From IMG/VR virus record IMGVR_UViG_3300030101_002605, positions 1 through 37,075 of that record: a stretch of 37,075 bases of DNA; one strand, given 5' to 3'. The notes beneath the pieces were generated by a model. That model did no database searches. It had not been told where the DNA came from and saw only the letters and a program-made list of their open reading frames with translations. Both the position numbers and the translations under genes were made by a program. This DNA comes from a virus. Its lineage: Duplodnaviria; Caudoviricetes. Positions 1 to 12,000 of this stretch are shown piece by piece; positions within the stretch are counted from its first letter, which is position 1, and the number at the start of each line of letters is the position of its first letter.

Positions 1-33
1 GCAAAGCACAAAGCGAAAAAGGGGAAGACCTAA
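1..33 (+). CDS. 3' end of a small basic protein (partial, ...AKHKAKKGKT*)
   Basis: Frame 1 is open to TAA at 31-33 and is Lys-rich like its neighbours. Confidence 0.45.
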   Translation, partial: AKHKAKKGKT

Positions 34-38
34 GAAAA

Positions 39-278
39 ATGCCACTTAAAAAGTCACAAAAAAGTCTTAAAAACTGGACAAAGCAAAAGTGGCGAACAAA
101 GTCAGGAAAAAAATCCTCTAAGACTGGGGAGCGTTACTTGCCTACGGCTGCTATAAAGGCTTTGTCACCACAGGAATATGCAGCCACAACAAGAGCAAAA
201 CGCAAAGGTACAAAGAAAGGCAAGCAATTCGTTAAGCAACCTAAAAGCATAGCTAAGAAAGTTAGAAAGTATAGATAA
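39..278 (+). CDS. Small highly basic phage protein (DUF5872-like)
   Basis: 79 aa, Lys/Arg-rich, WTKQKWRTKSG...GERYLP motif familiar from marine phages; stop overlaps the holin start (TAATG). Confidence 0.75.
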   Translation: MPLKKSQKSLKNWTKQKWRTKSGKKSSKTGERYLPTAAIKALSPQEYAATTRAKRKGTKKGKQFVKQPKSIAKKVRKYR

Positions 279-673
279 TGTTACAGAACTTGATAGGACC
301 TGTTACAGGTCTGTTAGATAAATTTATAGAGGATAAGGATCAAAAGGCACAGCTTGCTCACGATATAGCTACGATGAGCCAGAAACACGCCCAAGAACTA
401 AGTATTGCTCAGATAGAGGTTAACAAAGCTGAAGCACAGTCTGGCTCACTGTTTAAGGGCGGCTGGCGACCAGCAGTTGGGTGGGTCTGTGCGATTGCGT
501 TCCTATACCATTTTCTCTTAAAAGACATAATTATATTTGTATGTGCATTTGCAGGAGTAGAAGTGCCAGACCTACCAGAGTTCGACATGAGTACGTTGCT
601 TACAGTTCTAGGTGGTATGCTTGGAATTGGCGGCTTGAGGACATATGAGAAGCAAAAAGGACTAACAAAATAG
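278..673 (+). CDS. Holin (GTA-type 3TM holin family)
   Basis: Motifs EAQSGSLFKGGWRPAVGWVC and LGGMLGIGGLRTYEK, hydrophobic helices, adjacent endolysin. Confidence 0.9.
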   Translation: MLQNLIGPVTGLLDKFIEDKDQKAQLAHDIATMSQKHAQELSIAQIEVNKAEAQSGSLFKGGWRPAVGWVCAIAFLYHFLLKDIIIFVCAFAGVEVPDLPEFDMSTLLTVLGGMLGIGGLRTYEKQKGLTK

Positions 674-834
674 CATCCATCAAATGCGATGTATGTGGTC
701 ACGACATGGAGAACGTAGATGGAAGTATGCGTTGTAAATACTGCCAATACTTCTATGATATGAACAAGGAGTGGATAGATTTTGTTCACAAGAAATCGAC
801 TATAAAAAAGGAGGAGGAAGACGATGGATTATAA
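670..834 (+). CDS. Small zinc-ribbon protein (54 aa) absent from the ORF track, probable ATA start
   Basis: Translates IASIKCDVCGHDMENVDGSMRCKYCQYFYDMNKEWIDF...DGL* with two CxxC; fills the holin-lysin gap; AAGGA at 657-661; in-frame TGA at 646-648 excludes an upstream ATG. Confidence 0.6.
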   Translation: MASIKCDVCGHDMENVDGSMRCKYCQYFYDMNKEWIDFVHKKSTIKKEEEDDGL

Positions 835-1348
835 TTATGATGACTGCATAGTAATGCTGTTGCACCACGAAGGGGGGTATGTGAATCATCCAAAAGACCC
901 AGGCGGTATCACAAATTTGGGAGTTACTAAGAAAGTATACGAAGAATATCTTGGTAGAGAGGTGACAGTTGACGAGATGAAGAACCTTCAGCCATCAGAT
1001 GTAAAGCCTTTATACAAGAAACTATACTGGGATCGATGCAAGTGTGATGATTTGCCAAGTGGATTAGACTGGGCTGTGTTTGATTGGGCAGTAAACTCTG
1101 GTACAGGTAGAGCCGCTAAAGCAGTGCAAAAGATATGTGGGGCATCTCAAGATGGAGCGATAGGTCCTAAGACATTAGCCTTAGTGGAGGGGCAAAGCCC
1201 ACACTATATGATAGAACAGTTCGGTAAGATACGACAAGAGTTCTATGAATCTCTTAAAACATTTGATACATTTGGTAAAGGTTGGACAAGGCGTAATAAG
1301 GAGACAACCGAAAAAGCCATGAAGATGATGGAAGAAGATGACGACTAA
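824..1348 (+). CDS. Endolysin, glycoside hydrolase family 108 with C-terminal peptidoglycan-binding domain
   Basis: HEGGYVNHPKDPGGITNLGVT, FDWAVNSG, DGAIGPKT, FGKGWTRR; strong RBS GGAGG. Confidence 0.93.
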   Translation: MDYNYDDCIVMLLHHEGGYVNHPKDPGGITNLGVTKKVYEEYLGREVTVDEMKNLQPSDVKPLYKKLYWDRCKCDDLPSGLDWAVFDWAVNSGTGRAAKAVQKICGASQDGAIGPKTLALVEGQSPHYMIEQFGKIRQEFYESLKTFDTFGKGWTRRNKETTEKAMKMMEEDDD

Positions 1349-1649
1349 AAAGAAAGACCCTAGATTAGCCAGAGCAGGAGTTAGTGGTTATAACAGACCA
1401 AAAAGAACACCGAGCCACCCAAAAAAATCGCACATTGTTGTTGCGAAGGAGGGTGACAAGATCAAGACCATACGCTTTGGTCAACAGGGTAAGAAAGTCG
1501 GAACAGTCAAAGGCACAGCAGGAAAGCCGAAAGCAGGAGAATCAAGACGAATGAAGATGAAACGTAAGAGCTTTAAGGCAAGACATGGTAAAAATATAGC
1601 TAAAGGCAAGATGTCAGCGGCATATTGGGCAGATAAAGTTAAATGGTAA
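1338..1649 (+). CDS. Conserved small basic phage protein of unknown function
   Basis: 103 aa, very Lys/Arg-rich; IRFGQQG and KSFKARH...SAAYW motifs. Confidence 0.8.
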   Translation: MTTKKKDPRLARAGVSGYNRPKRTPSHPKKSHIVVAKEGDKIKTIRFGQQGKKVGTVKGTAGKPKAGESRRMKMKRKSFKARHGKNIAKGKMSAAYWADKVKW

Positions 1650-1691
1650 AAAAAGCTACCATATTTATTTTTATGTTTAATTTGTGTTATT

Positions 1692-1742
1692 TTGAGCTTT
1701 TGGCTTACGAGATTATATGGTAAAAAGTTATATAGAACTTTT
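1692..1742 (+). promoter_or_regulatory. Putative sigma70 promoter followed by the palindromic box
   Basis: TTGAGC-N16-TATATG (1692-1719), then AAAAGTT-ATATAG-AACTTTT (1723-1742) directly before RBS AGAAAGG. Confidence 0.5.
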
Positions 1743-1756
1743 TAGAAAGGTTATTG

Positions 1757-3106
1757 ATGGCACTTCCTTTAATACTAGGATTATTAGGATCAACACTCGG
1801 CACAGGAACAGCGATAGGAGCCTTGGGAGCAGGGGCTTTAGGTTCTGGTCTAGGTAGGTTCTTAGAGACTGGAGACTTTGAGGAAGGGTTAAAAACAGGT
1901 GCAACAAGCTTCCTAGGGGGTAAAGTCTTGGGAAGCGTACTTGGTGGTATGGGTGGACAGACGGCTGATGCGGCTAAAAACATAGCAGGATCACCCACAT
2001 ACGCTGAAGCCGCTAATATTAACCCAAAATTGTTCTCCTCTGGTGTAGGTAAAGTAGGAGATGCCGCAAAGTACTTTGGTGAGTCAAACCTAATGGGTGG
2101 ACTGCAAGCCGCAGCTACAAACCCAATAACACTAGGACAGGCAACCATAGGTCAGTCTATGTCTACACTGCCAGAGCCTCCAAAAAAAGATGAAATACCT
2201 TTTGAAAACAGAGAAGCTATGGCTCCTCCAAGATTAGCAAGACGACAGCCACCGCCTGGCTTTAGACCTGGCTACATGGGTGAGTTTGATTACGGGGTAG
2301 CACCAAACTATAACGTAAGGTATATGTCATCAGGTGGTCTAAACAATCCTGAAAAAGCAGACTTAGATAACGATGGTCAGCTTTCGTCCTACGAAAGAAA
2401 GCGAGGAGAGGCTATAGAGAAGTCTATTGCTGAGCAGGGTAAATTTGCTGGTGGTCTCTTAGGACTACTAAGCAATAAAAAAGTACAAGACTTGCTAGGA
2501 AATATGGCAAGCACAGGCAAGGGTATGGGTGTCGCCGCTCTTATGGACACACCACAAGCTAGAGCAGAAGCTAACTTCATGCGAACTGGTGAGTATAGTC
2601 CAGAAATGCAAGGAATGAGAGAGGGTGGTCAGCCAGAAGATTTAGGTATGACAGAGAGCGAAGACGAAATAATGATGAACGCTATAAATGCCCTCACAGG
2701 AAAAAGCGAAAACCCAGACGAGGACATACAGACATTTGTGCAGACATTTGGAATGCAAGCCTTAAAATTATTACAAATGCAAATCTCCACAGGTAAGATA
2801 GGAGATATGAAACAAGGATTGCCTGGCTTGATAGAGGGTGAGGGCGATGGTATGAGCGATAGTATTGATGCTGAGCTTGTAGAAAAAAGAGGTAGAGAAG
2901 GTGGTCAAAAGCAACCACTAAAAGTAGCAAACAATGAGTATGTTATAGCGGCTGATGTAGTGTCTGATATAGGCAACGGATCAACAGATGCAGGTGCCGA
3001 TAAACTAGATAAGCTTATGAAAGAAGTAAGAAAAGCAAGACATGGCACAGATAAACAGCCACCAGAGAAAAATATGATGGCTGTTATGAAGAGGGCAATC
3101 GCATGA
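1757..3106 (+). CDS. Internal virion / DNA-ejection protein
   Basis: Gly/Ala/Leu-rich N-terminus; C-terminal GDGMSDSI...NNEYVIAADVVSDIGNGSTDAG motif; ATG 1757 fits the RBS better than TTG 1754. Confidence 0.7.
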   Translation: MALPLILGLLGSTLGTGTAIGALGAGALGSGLGRFLETGDFEEGLKTGATSFLGGKVLGSVLGGMGGQTADAAKNIAGSPTYAEAANINPKLFSSGVGKVGDAAKYFGESNLMGGLQAAATNPITLGQATIGQSMSTLPEPPKKDEIPFENREAMAPPRLARRQPPPGFRPGYMGEFDYGVAPNYNVRYMSSGGLNNPEKADLDNDGQLSSYERKRGEAIEKSIAEQGKFAGGLLGLLSNKKVQDLLGNMASTGKGMGVAALMDTPQARAEANFMRTGEYSPEMQGMREGGQPEDLGMTESEDEIMMNAINALTGKSENPDEDIQTFVQTFGMQALKLLQMQISTGKIGDMKQGLPGLIEGEGDGMSDSIDAELVEKRGREGGQKQPLKVANNEYVIAADVVSDIGNGSTDAGADKLDKLMKEVRKARHGTDKQPPEKNMMAVMKRAIA

Positions 3107-3519
3107 TGTTCAGTGCAGTTCCTAAGCAGGTACTAGATGTAGTATGGGAAGATGTTAAGAAAGTGCTAGAACCTGCTGTTAAAACAGCTAAGGGAAAGCT
3201 AAGCATCAGTGACGTATACGACTATGTAAAGAAGGGTGTTTACGAACTTTGGGTTGTCATGGAAGAAACAAAAATAGTAGCCGTAATAACCACTCGTGTG
3301 ATAGAATATCCAGAACGTAGAGCTTTGGCGATGGATTTTATTGGTGGCAGTAAGATGAAAGAGTGGTTGCCAGAGGCTCAACGCACCCTAGAAAGCTTTG
3401 CCAAAGACAATAATTGTAGTCATTTAGAAGGTTATGGTAGAAAAGCATGGAAAAGATGGCTAGATAAATACGGATGGGAACCAGATTACATAGCATATAG
3501 GATGGAAATAAATGGGTAA
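3103..3519 (+). CDS. GNAT-fold virion assembly protein (P22 gp14/T7 gp13-like position)
   Basis: LWVV...TTRVIEYP...FAKDNNCSHLEGYGRKAW pattern; precedes the ejection proteins. Confidence 0.65.
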   Translation: MMFSAVPKQVLDVVWEDVKKVLEPAVKTAKGKLSISDVYDYVKKGVYELWVVMEETKIVAVITTRVIEYPERRALAMDFIGGSKMKEWLPEAQRTLESFAKDNNCSHLEGYGRKAWKRWLDKYGWEPDYIAYRMEING

Positions 3520-4399
3520 AGGTGGTGGAGGAACAACCGAGACTAAATCTACAGTAACTCAGACTAATTTACCTGAGTACGTCAGACCTTATTTTGAGAG
3601 ACTGTTAGGTAGAACAGAGGCTGAGTCCAAAAGGGAGTATGAGCCTTATGGTGGTCAGCGAATAGCTGATACCAGTCAAGACCTCTTGACATCAGAAGAA
3701 AGAGTCAGAGACATAGCAAGCACAGGTTTGCCTGGCATACAGACAGCTTTAGATAGAGTAGGTCAGTCTATAGACTTTACTCCTCGTCAGTTTACGGCAG
3801 CGGAAGCAGAACAGTATATGTCACCATTTCAACAGCAAGTAACCGATAGAGCCAAGCAAGCAGCGATTGATGACTACAGACAACAAATAGCAGGAGGTCG
3901 AGCCAGTGCTATATCGGCAGGTGCTTTTGGTGGTTCTAGAGAAGGGGTGCAAAGAGCGTTAGGAGAGGAAGCTCTATACGATAGACTAGCTGATATAGAT
4001 GTACAGGGAAGACAACAAGCGTTTGACAAAGCATCATCTCTGTTTCAAGCAGACAGAGCGGCAGACTTCCAAGGTCAGCAGTTAGGATTAGGAGCGGCGA
4101 ATCAGTTTGCCAATCTATCTGAAAGAGCTAGGGCAGGTGATGTCGATGCGGCTCGTATGTTAGAGCAAATAGGAAAAGCACAGATGGCAAGAGATCAAGC
4201 ATCTCTGGATATGGGTTATCAAGACTTCATGCGACAGCAAGCTTTCCCACAAGAAAAGCTTGGACTGTTTTCTTCTGTATTAAGAGGTATACCAGTAACC
4301 CCATCACAAACAACATCAACACGAATGCCGTATGATCCGTTTGGAAGAGCCATAGGTCTAGGATTAACAGCACTCGGTGGTGCCAAGTATTTTGGATAG
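3512..4399 (+). CDS. DNA pilot/ejection protein
   Basis: MGKGGGG start, YMSPFQQQV and AGAFGGSR motifs, Gln/Ala-rich helical body, hydrophobic Gly-rich C-terminus. Confidence 0.75.
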   Translation: MGKGGGGTTETKSTVTQTNLPEYVRPYFERLLGRTEAESKREYEPYGGQRIADTSQDLLTSEERVRDIASTGLPGIQTALDRVGQSIDFTPRQFTAAEAEQYMSPFQQQVTDRAKQAAIDDYRQQIAGGRASAISAGAFGGSREGVQRALGEEALYDRLADIDVQGRQQAFDKASSLFQADRAADFQGQQLGLGAANQFANLSERARAGDVDAARMLEQIGKAQMARDQASLDMGYQDFMRQQAFPQEKLGLFSSVLRGIPVTPSQTTSTRMPYDPFGRAIGLGLTALGGAKYFG

Positions 4400-4402
4400 G
4401 TA

Positions 4403-6082
4403 ATGTTTAATTTAATACAACTACAAGACAGACTTAGAGGTTTTAGCGAGGATCAGCTAAAACAATTCTTGCAAAGACCTGATCCAAACATACCTGATTT
4501 TATGGTCATGGCAGCTCTGGACGAGAAGAATGATGCAAAAGTCCAAGAAGCTCAGATGAAAGCACAAAATCAACCATCTGTTAGAGAAGAAATGTTAGCA
4601 GTGGCAGGACTACCTGCTATGGAGGCAGGACAAATGGCTTCTTCTATGGCTCCAAAGTCTGATGTCAGAACAAATACGGGTGGCGATGAGATGATGACAA
4701 TGGCAAGACTAGCCGAAGATATGCCAATGGAAGACGATATGGAGGAAGACGAAGAGCTAGATATCGTAGAAACACCAGTAAGAAAAGCAAGCTATGGTGG
4801 TTTGATGAATATGGCAATGCCATTAAGAAATAATATGGTTACAGACATGAGGCAGCGTCCTGATCCTAATCAAAGATTAATGCTTGAGAATGCATTACAG
4901 CAGAGAAGGGGTTTTAGGTCGGGTCTTGATAATCTAGGTCGTGATATATCGGGTAGAGTACAGAATAGGACGCAAGAAGAAGTGCAAGATTTTGTTGGTG
5001 AGGTTGGCAACATGGCTCAAGAAAGATTTGATGTAAATCTATCCGAGCCTAGCATGGCACAAATGCAACGAAGAGAAGTTACAGGAGGTATGTTTGGTGG
5101 AAAAGGTATGCCTCCTATGAGAATGGCTATGAAAGAGGGTGGTATTGCAAGTATGCAAGGTGGTGGTAGAGGTATGTTTACCGATCCTAACTTCAATCCA
5201 TCTATGGGATTATTCCCTACAAGAGTTAGACCAAGACCAGCAGAAGCCCAAGGTCAAGGTTTGTTAGGTAGTATGGGATTTGATCCAAATAAATTTCAGA
5301 GAACAGATTGGGATGCACAGTTTGGTAAATACTATAATGCAGACGGAACATTAAAAGATGAGTTTAAACAAAACGTAGCATCAGCTGCAATGAATACGGA
5401 TGATCAACCTGATTCGGTTCGTGATGCACAGAGAATGATGGATATTAATGAAATACCTGAGCGACCAAAAAAGGACGATGAGAAAAAACCACCTCCAGGC
5501 ACAGATGACCCTGCACCAAGAGGTTTTTTAAGTGATCTCACAGCAAGCTTAGATAAGATGCGAGAAGACCAGAAAGAGCAAATGGAAAAAAATCAAGCTC
5601 TAGGTCTTATGCTAGAGGGTATCAATTTATATAAAGACAGAGGTGTGCCTGGCGAGAAAGCAGGTGAAGGTCTAAAGTTTATGGGTCAGCAGACACAAAA
5701 AGTACAAGATAGACTGGCACAACTACAAGGTCTAGAGGCTAAGATAGGAATAGCAGGAGCAACACTAGCACAGAAAGATAGAGCAGTAGAGGCGGCTATA
5801 CAGAAAGCCACTGCAAAACAAGGTCTGTCTGCAAAAGATGCTTTAGCGAGATACACAGCGTTATCAACCAAGATTATAGAGTTGGAGACAGACTTAAATA
5901 GAGATGATTTGGTTTTAGATGAGACTAAAAAAGCCGCTTTAGAGAACAGTTTAGCAGGATTAAAGAGGGTAAAGGAAAGACTAGAAGGTCAAGCTTTGGG
6001 TCTCATGGGAGATAATATCTTAGATAATGAATTTTTAAAGGAGTTATACGAAGTAACGACACCTAAAAAAGAAGACAAGTAG
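4403..6082 (+). CDS. Internal virion / ejection protein
   Basis: 559 aa, Met/Gln-rich with MxxGG motifs and a coiled-coil C-terminus; syntenic position. Confidence 0.65.
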   Translation: MFNLIQLQDRLRGFSEDQLKQFLQRPDPNIPDFMVMAALDEKNDAKVQEAQMKAQNQPSVREEMLAVAGLPAMEAGQMASSMAPKSDVRTNTGGDEMMTMARLAEDMPMEDDMEEDEELDIVETPVRKASYGGLMNMAMPLRNNMVTDMRQRPDPNQRLMLENALQQRRGFRSGLDNLGRDISGRVQNRTQEEVQDFVGEVGNMAQERFDVNLSEPSMAQMQRREVTGGMFGGKGMPPMRMAMKEGGIASMQGGGRGMFTDPNFNPSMGLFPTRVRPRPAEAQGQGLLGSMGFDPNKFQRTDWDAQFGKYYNADGTLKDEFKQNVASAAMNTDDQPDSVRDAQRMMDINEIPERPKKDDEKKPPPGTDDPAPRGFLSDLTASLDKMREDQKEQMEKNQALGLMLEGINLYKDRGVPGEKAGEGLKFMGQQTQKVQDRLAQLQGLEAKIGIAGATLAQKDRAVEAAIQKATAKQGLSAKDALARYTALSTKIIELETDLNRDDLVLDETKKAALENSLAGLKRVKERLEGQALGLMGDNILDNEFLKELYEVTTPKKEDK

Positions 6083-6089
6083 GTGAAAA

Positions 6090-9000
6090 ATGTCATTTAA
6101 GCTTATACAAAGCCCCACAACTGGAAAATACTACCCAGTAAAAATAGAAGGCGACACTCCTACAGAGGACGAAAAGCAAAGAATAGCTGAATATCTCCGA
6201 CAGAGAGAACAGCTAATAACCCCACCAGAAGAAGAACAGCAGTACGAAGCCCGATCAGGAATATTAGGCGCGTTTGACGTTGGCACAGATTACATGGGTA
6301 ATCAGATAGGCTCCACACTGGAGGGTATAGGTAAGGTGCTAGGCATCGAATCACTAGAAAATTATGGTGGAGAGATGGCTGAATCCTATGCAGAGTCAGG
6401 GTCTCAGAAAGCAGAGGGTCTCACACGACTGGGTGAGGTCGAGGGGGTAGGATCAGGTGCGAAGTTTGCAGGTGAAGTTCTCGGTCAAGCCGCACCACAG
6501 ATTGGAACAGCGATAGCCGCAGGAACAGGGTTAGCGTTACTGGCTCCTGCATTGCCATTCGCTGCAGTTATAGGTGGTATAGCCGCCACATTGCCATTGT
6601 TATATGGTGCCAACAGAGAAAGACAAAAAGAAGCCGATATAGCAGAAGGTAGACCAGTAGAAGTGGATGAAGGAGCTGCGGCTATAACAGCGTTGGGTCA
6701 GTCAGCGTTAGAAAGTTTGAGCCTTAGATTTTTGACCTTAGCCAACAAGGCAGGTCTAAAAGTTAACGCTAACTATTTTAAAGAAAATCCTGCATCAGGG
6801 TTGTTTACCAAGCTTGTAGACAAAGCACCAAGAACAACACGAGGTGTGGCAGGAGCGGCTAGTGGTGCATCTGTCGAATCACTTACAGAAGCAGGACAGC
6901 AAATGCTAGAAAGGATGCAAGCAGGTCTAGATATAGCTAGTGACGAGGCATTAGAAGAGTATCTAGAGGCGGCGGTAGCAGGAGGTATAGTCGGTGGTAC
7001 ATTAAAAGGTGGTGTTAGTGCCATATCTGATCCAAATGCCAAGAAAGCCAAAGAAGAACTACAAAAGAAGAACGAGCTAGAAGAAGACGACAGAATAGAG
7101 GGCGTTCAAGATCAAGATGCTATGGATAATATTAGGCAAACTGTCAATGCCCAAGACCTAAAAATACAGTCTAATCAAGAGGGTGTAACGAATCAGACGC
7201 TTTCAGAGCAAGACATCATAAAGCAGATGAGTCAGAAGACAAAACAGGCACGACCTGTAGAGCCTGACGAACTAACATCAGATGAGAAAGCTCGACTAGA
7301 TGAGTTTAGAAGAGCAAGGAATATACCCTTAGATGAGCCAATAACATTACAAGAAGTAAGATCAGCGTTAGGTGATCAGGCTGTAGAGAGATTAGCTGTC
7401 AATCAAGGCATGACAGGGGCAAGAATTAACTACGCAAAACTAAGTGGAGCGAAGCCTTTTAATCAACAGCAAGTAAACAAGGTAATAAATGCTGTAAGAA
7501 AATCTAAAAAAGAAACGCTAACAGAAATAGAAATAGATAATCTCATATCTGGTCAGATAGATAGTAAGTCTTTTGAATTAATAGAGGGCATAAAAAACGA
7601 GTTAATAGATCAAGGTAAAATAAGGCTTACAGCAAGACAGGAATACGATGTAAATACCAAGAAATTAAGACCAATAGGTAAGGCTGAGTTTAGCAAGACG
7701 TTTGAGCTAGAGGGTGAGGTAGCTAGAGAGGCTAATAGACTAGAGAATGATGCCAAGAAAGCTAAAGAAGACTTAGAAAAAAAGCGTAAAGATATAGAAG
7801 AGCTAGAGATAAGGGTCAATAGACTAGAGCAAATGCGAAACCTTGACCTATATGATGCTAAAGATATGGAGATCGCCGCTAAGTATTTGAAGTCTGAAGA
7901 GGGAAAAGCGTACCAAGAGATAAAGGTAACAGACCCTGAAAATATAGAGCGAAAGTTGGTTGCATCCGTATCAAAGAGAATAAACAAAACTTTAGGTAAA
8001 AAAGGTGACTTGAAAAATGAGCCTACAGGTCTACGAAAAACACTAAAAGATGCCAAAGAAGACAAAGATAATCTTATTGGCTACATAGAGAATACAGAGA
8101 ACGCATTAAAATTTGTAAATACAAGCGATTTCACCACTGAAAACTTAAAATATGGCAAGAAGGTTGACCCAAACGAGTACAACCCAGAGGCACTACAAGA
8201 TAGGCTAACATTTAAAGAGAGAGTTTTGACTGAAAAAGTCGCAGAAAACAAAAGAAAAGCATCACAAAGAACTCCTGAAGAAAAGAAAGCCGCTAGGCAA
8301 GAGGTTGACAAGCTTAGAAAAGACATAAAAGAACTAAAAGATGCCATAGCTAACCCACCAACACCTGTTCAGAAAGATAACGCAAAGAACGATGGAAACG
8401 CCATACGGGAGGCAGCGAAAGTAACAGCTAAAAAGAGGCTAAAACCTCGATATATAAGAAAACTAAAGAATATGCGAACTAGCTTAGTTAAGTATCTAAA
8501 GAAGATGAACTTAGCAGATGATATAATCATACAGCAAGCAAATATGATAGACCCCGATCAGCCTTTTGTAACATACGCAGACGAGAGAAAGGGCGAGAAC
8601 GGAAAACGAATCATCACTATCGCTATGGATTTGTTTGACCCAGATACAGTGATGGATGAGGAGGGTGCAAAGACTGTATATAAGAGGCTAAAAAGCACCC
8701 TAAACCACGAAATACTACACTCTCTAAGAGAACTACAGCTTATTACGGAGGCAGAGTATCAGTCATTAGTGAAAGCTGCCTCAACAAGAAAGAGAGTAGT
8801 GCTTAGAGATGGCAAGACAGTCACTAGAAACTACACTTACCTAGATCATGCTAAGCATCTTTATCTAAAAGAAATGTTTCCAAATATGTCTGAACAAGAC
8901 TTTAACGACATGGTGCAGGAAGAGGCAGTAGCAGAGATGTTTAGGGATGTTCTTGACGACAAGTTGCCAATGACAGGCAAACCAAGAACGTTACTAAACA

Positions 9001-12000
9001 GAATCATAGAGTTCTTCCGATCTTTATTCTTGGCACATCAAGACAATGGCATAACCTCTGTAGAGCAGATATTCGAAGATGTTCGATCTGGTACTATAGG
9101 TAAGACAAGAGAATCAAAACAGAAAGACATTGATCGTGGTAAGAGACTATCTATCAGTCAGGTTCTTACAGATGCCGAGAACAACTACGAGAGTTACAAG
9201 TATAAGAACAAGTTGTTCAAAGAGACCATGCAAGCTATGGAAAAAGAGGGTTACAAGTTTGATCCTATAACTATGGAGTTTCTAGGTCTAAAAGAGGGTA
9301 TGGAAATAGCTCCTCCGTTAGAGCATTATGTGGCTAATCTATTTACCGACAGAGGTCTGGAGTTCTTACAAGCTAGACATTCTGGTGACAGACGTAGAAA
9401 CCTAGCATCTCTCTTCCAAAAACAAGTTGGTCTTAGACAAGCTGAAATAGATCGACAACCAATAGAGCAAGACATGAGTTTTGAGCCTAATCAAGAGGCA
9501 CTCGATAAGATACGCTTTGACTTGTGGAAGATAACACAGGCTCAGTTGGCACATCTACCAGATAGAATACCAATATTCCGAATCGGACCTGTAGACTCCA
9601 AGAATCTATACAAAGGGCAGATGCACTCTTACTCTCTATCGCCAAATCCAAAAGAGATGGGTCTGTATAAGAACAGAAGAAGCTTTGCTTACAAAGAGTA
9701 CATCAAAGAAAGAAAGAAACAGATAGGCATATTTGGTAGAGGTCAAGTAGAACCAGAGATACTTGGCTATCTTGTGGATAAAGAAGACATAGTTGTGGCT
9801 CCTAATCTAGGATATGGAGATATATTTAACAATGACCCAGAGCAAGAGGTCGTTGTAAGACCAAGCGATGTGATGCGAGTTAACATCGAGGAATACGAGA
9901 ATATCTACGGCAAGCCAGATGTTAGAGTTAGAAAGTCTGTTGGTAGAAAAGTATATGATCCATCTGACATAGAGAGAGGTCAAGAGCAACTTGAGAACTA
10001 TGCAAATTACATAGAAAATGGGTATACAGGAAACACAGATTTCTTAATGTCAACTGAAGTACCAAATCAATTTAGTCTTTTGCAACAAAATATGGCAGAC
10101 AACGTAACAGAGGCATGGGCTAACTCAGGATTTTATGACGAAGAATATCCCGTGCAAAAATTTGAATCTAAAAAATACGAGGGCGAAGAGTATACCATGA
10201 AGGATATGCTCAATAATTATAATTATCTTACAGTAAAATCTTTACAAGCACTCGGTAACAGTGACGTTTCACGACAGCTATTGGAAGAGTATTCCGAAGG
10301 TAACACTGAGCTTATGGATGAATATAATAAATTGCTTGATGAAGCAAAGAAAGTATCCATAAGAACAGCCCCTGAGAACAAAGAGTTTAGAAAGAAGTCA
10401 ATAGGTAGACTTATAAAAGACCCTGTTCTTTACAATATGTCCTCTCTACCAGATGTAGACCTAGACACGCTAAAGTTTAAAACAAAGATAGGTGAAGATG
10501 ACATCGAAAGAACTTTAGTAGAGGCTGTCAGAGATTACTACGAAGAGAGATTAGAGAGGGCAGGTGAGGACTTCAGAGTAGACTATACTGACCCAAGTCC
10601 AGAAACACTAGAAAGAATAGCTACCATCATGGCGGCAGAGGCAGAACTAGCTCTAGCTAGAGATGGTAACGCTATAGGATGGTACGACAACAAGCTGAAG
10701 TTGGCTAAGAAGTTGTTCGCTATGGTGCATCCAGAGTTGATGCCAGACCCAGAGACTATGTCACCAGTAGAACTGATGGAGGCTAAGAGACACGAGGCAG
10801 TATTTGATTATGCACTAGCTGTTACCTCTAACGGAACACCAGTTATCGACAATGCTAAGTATGCCATACAAGCATATAGATCATGGGTAGATACAGGTAA
10901 GTTTGAAGTAAGAGGATATGGCGACAAAGTCGATCCTATGAAGAAAGCCTTTGAGTTCTACAATGCGATGATAGATAGATATCAAGGTAATACAGTCGGT
11001 ATCGCTGAGTTTCTAGATGAAAAACTAACTGTAAGAGAGATTAAGGATAACGAGTTTATAAAGCAGTTAGAAGAAGACTACGGACTAAAACTCACAAAGA
11101 ATTTATCTCAAGAAACTATGGACACAGAGGTTAGTATATCTGCTCTCATGGGAGCCAAGATAGGTAATGGTTTTTATCAAAACCTCAGAGGCAACTACAA
11201 AAGCCTCACTATGGATAGATGGTGGCAGAGATTTTATAATAGAGTTACAGGCAACCCATACTATCGAACACAAGATAAGACAAAGATAAAGGTCTACAAT
11301 CAGTTTCTTGAGCAACTAAAAAGACCAAAGAGAGAGTTACCAGATATAGATAAACAAGCTCTCAAGTTGGCTACGGAAGCGTTAGCCAATCCTCTAATTA
11401 AGAAAGGTAAGTTTGACGGCACTGTCCAAGAGGTGGACGCTAACGTCATAGCTCTAGCATCTGCTTTTGCCGCAGAAAGAAATAGAATTTATCAATCCAT
11501 ATCCAACGAGGGTACGGAGGGTATGAAAGCAGGAGCGGCTAGAAGTAGAATAGTAGCCGAAAATAGACGAAGAGCAGGTATCGCTGAGAATACCGAGATG
11601 TCCAAGGTGGCTAACAGTATGGAAAGAAACTTTGGTTTGTCTCTTCAGGAGATGCCAAGAACTGGAACAGAGAGATCATATCAGAGAAGAGCCACTGAAA
11701 GAGCCATAAAAATATTAGAACAAGATAAGATTATCAAGCCAGGAACCCTGTCTATGGCTGATTTCCAAGCGTTAATGTGGTTCCACGAGAAAAGTTTATT
11801 TAAAGATTTAGGTATTGCTCAAGGTGGTGGTCGTGAAAATGACTATGTAGATGGAGCAATAGCTGTTTTAAGAGAGGAAGGTATAACCGATGACAATATT
11901 CAAGAAGCACTCCCCACAACAGATAGATTCAGAGTCACTGGTGGAGTTAATCCCAACTCAGGAAATGCCGAGGTTCGTACTAGAGCTACAGAAGTTAGTG

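Noticed and set aside
2357-2395. EF-hand-like DLDNDGQLSSYE in the 1757 protein
   Set aside because: It is a single unpaired loop, so function cannot be supported from sequence alone.
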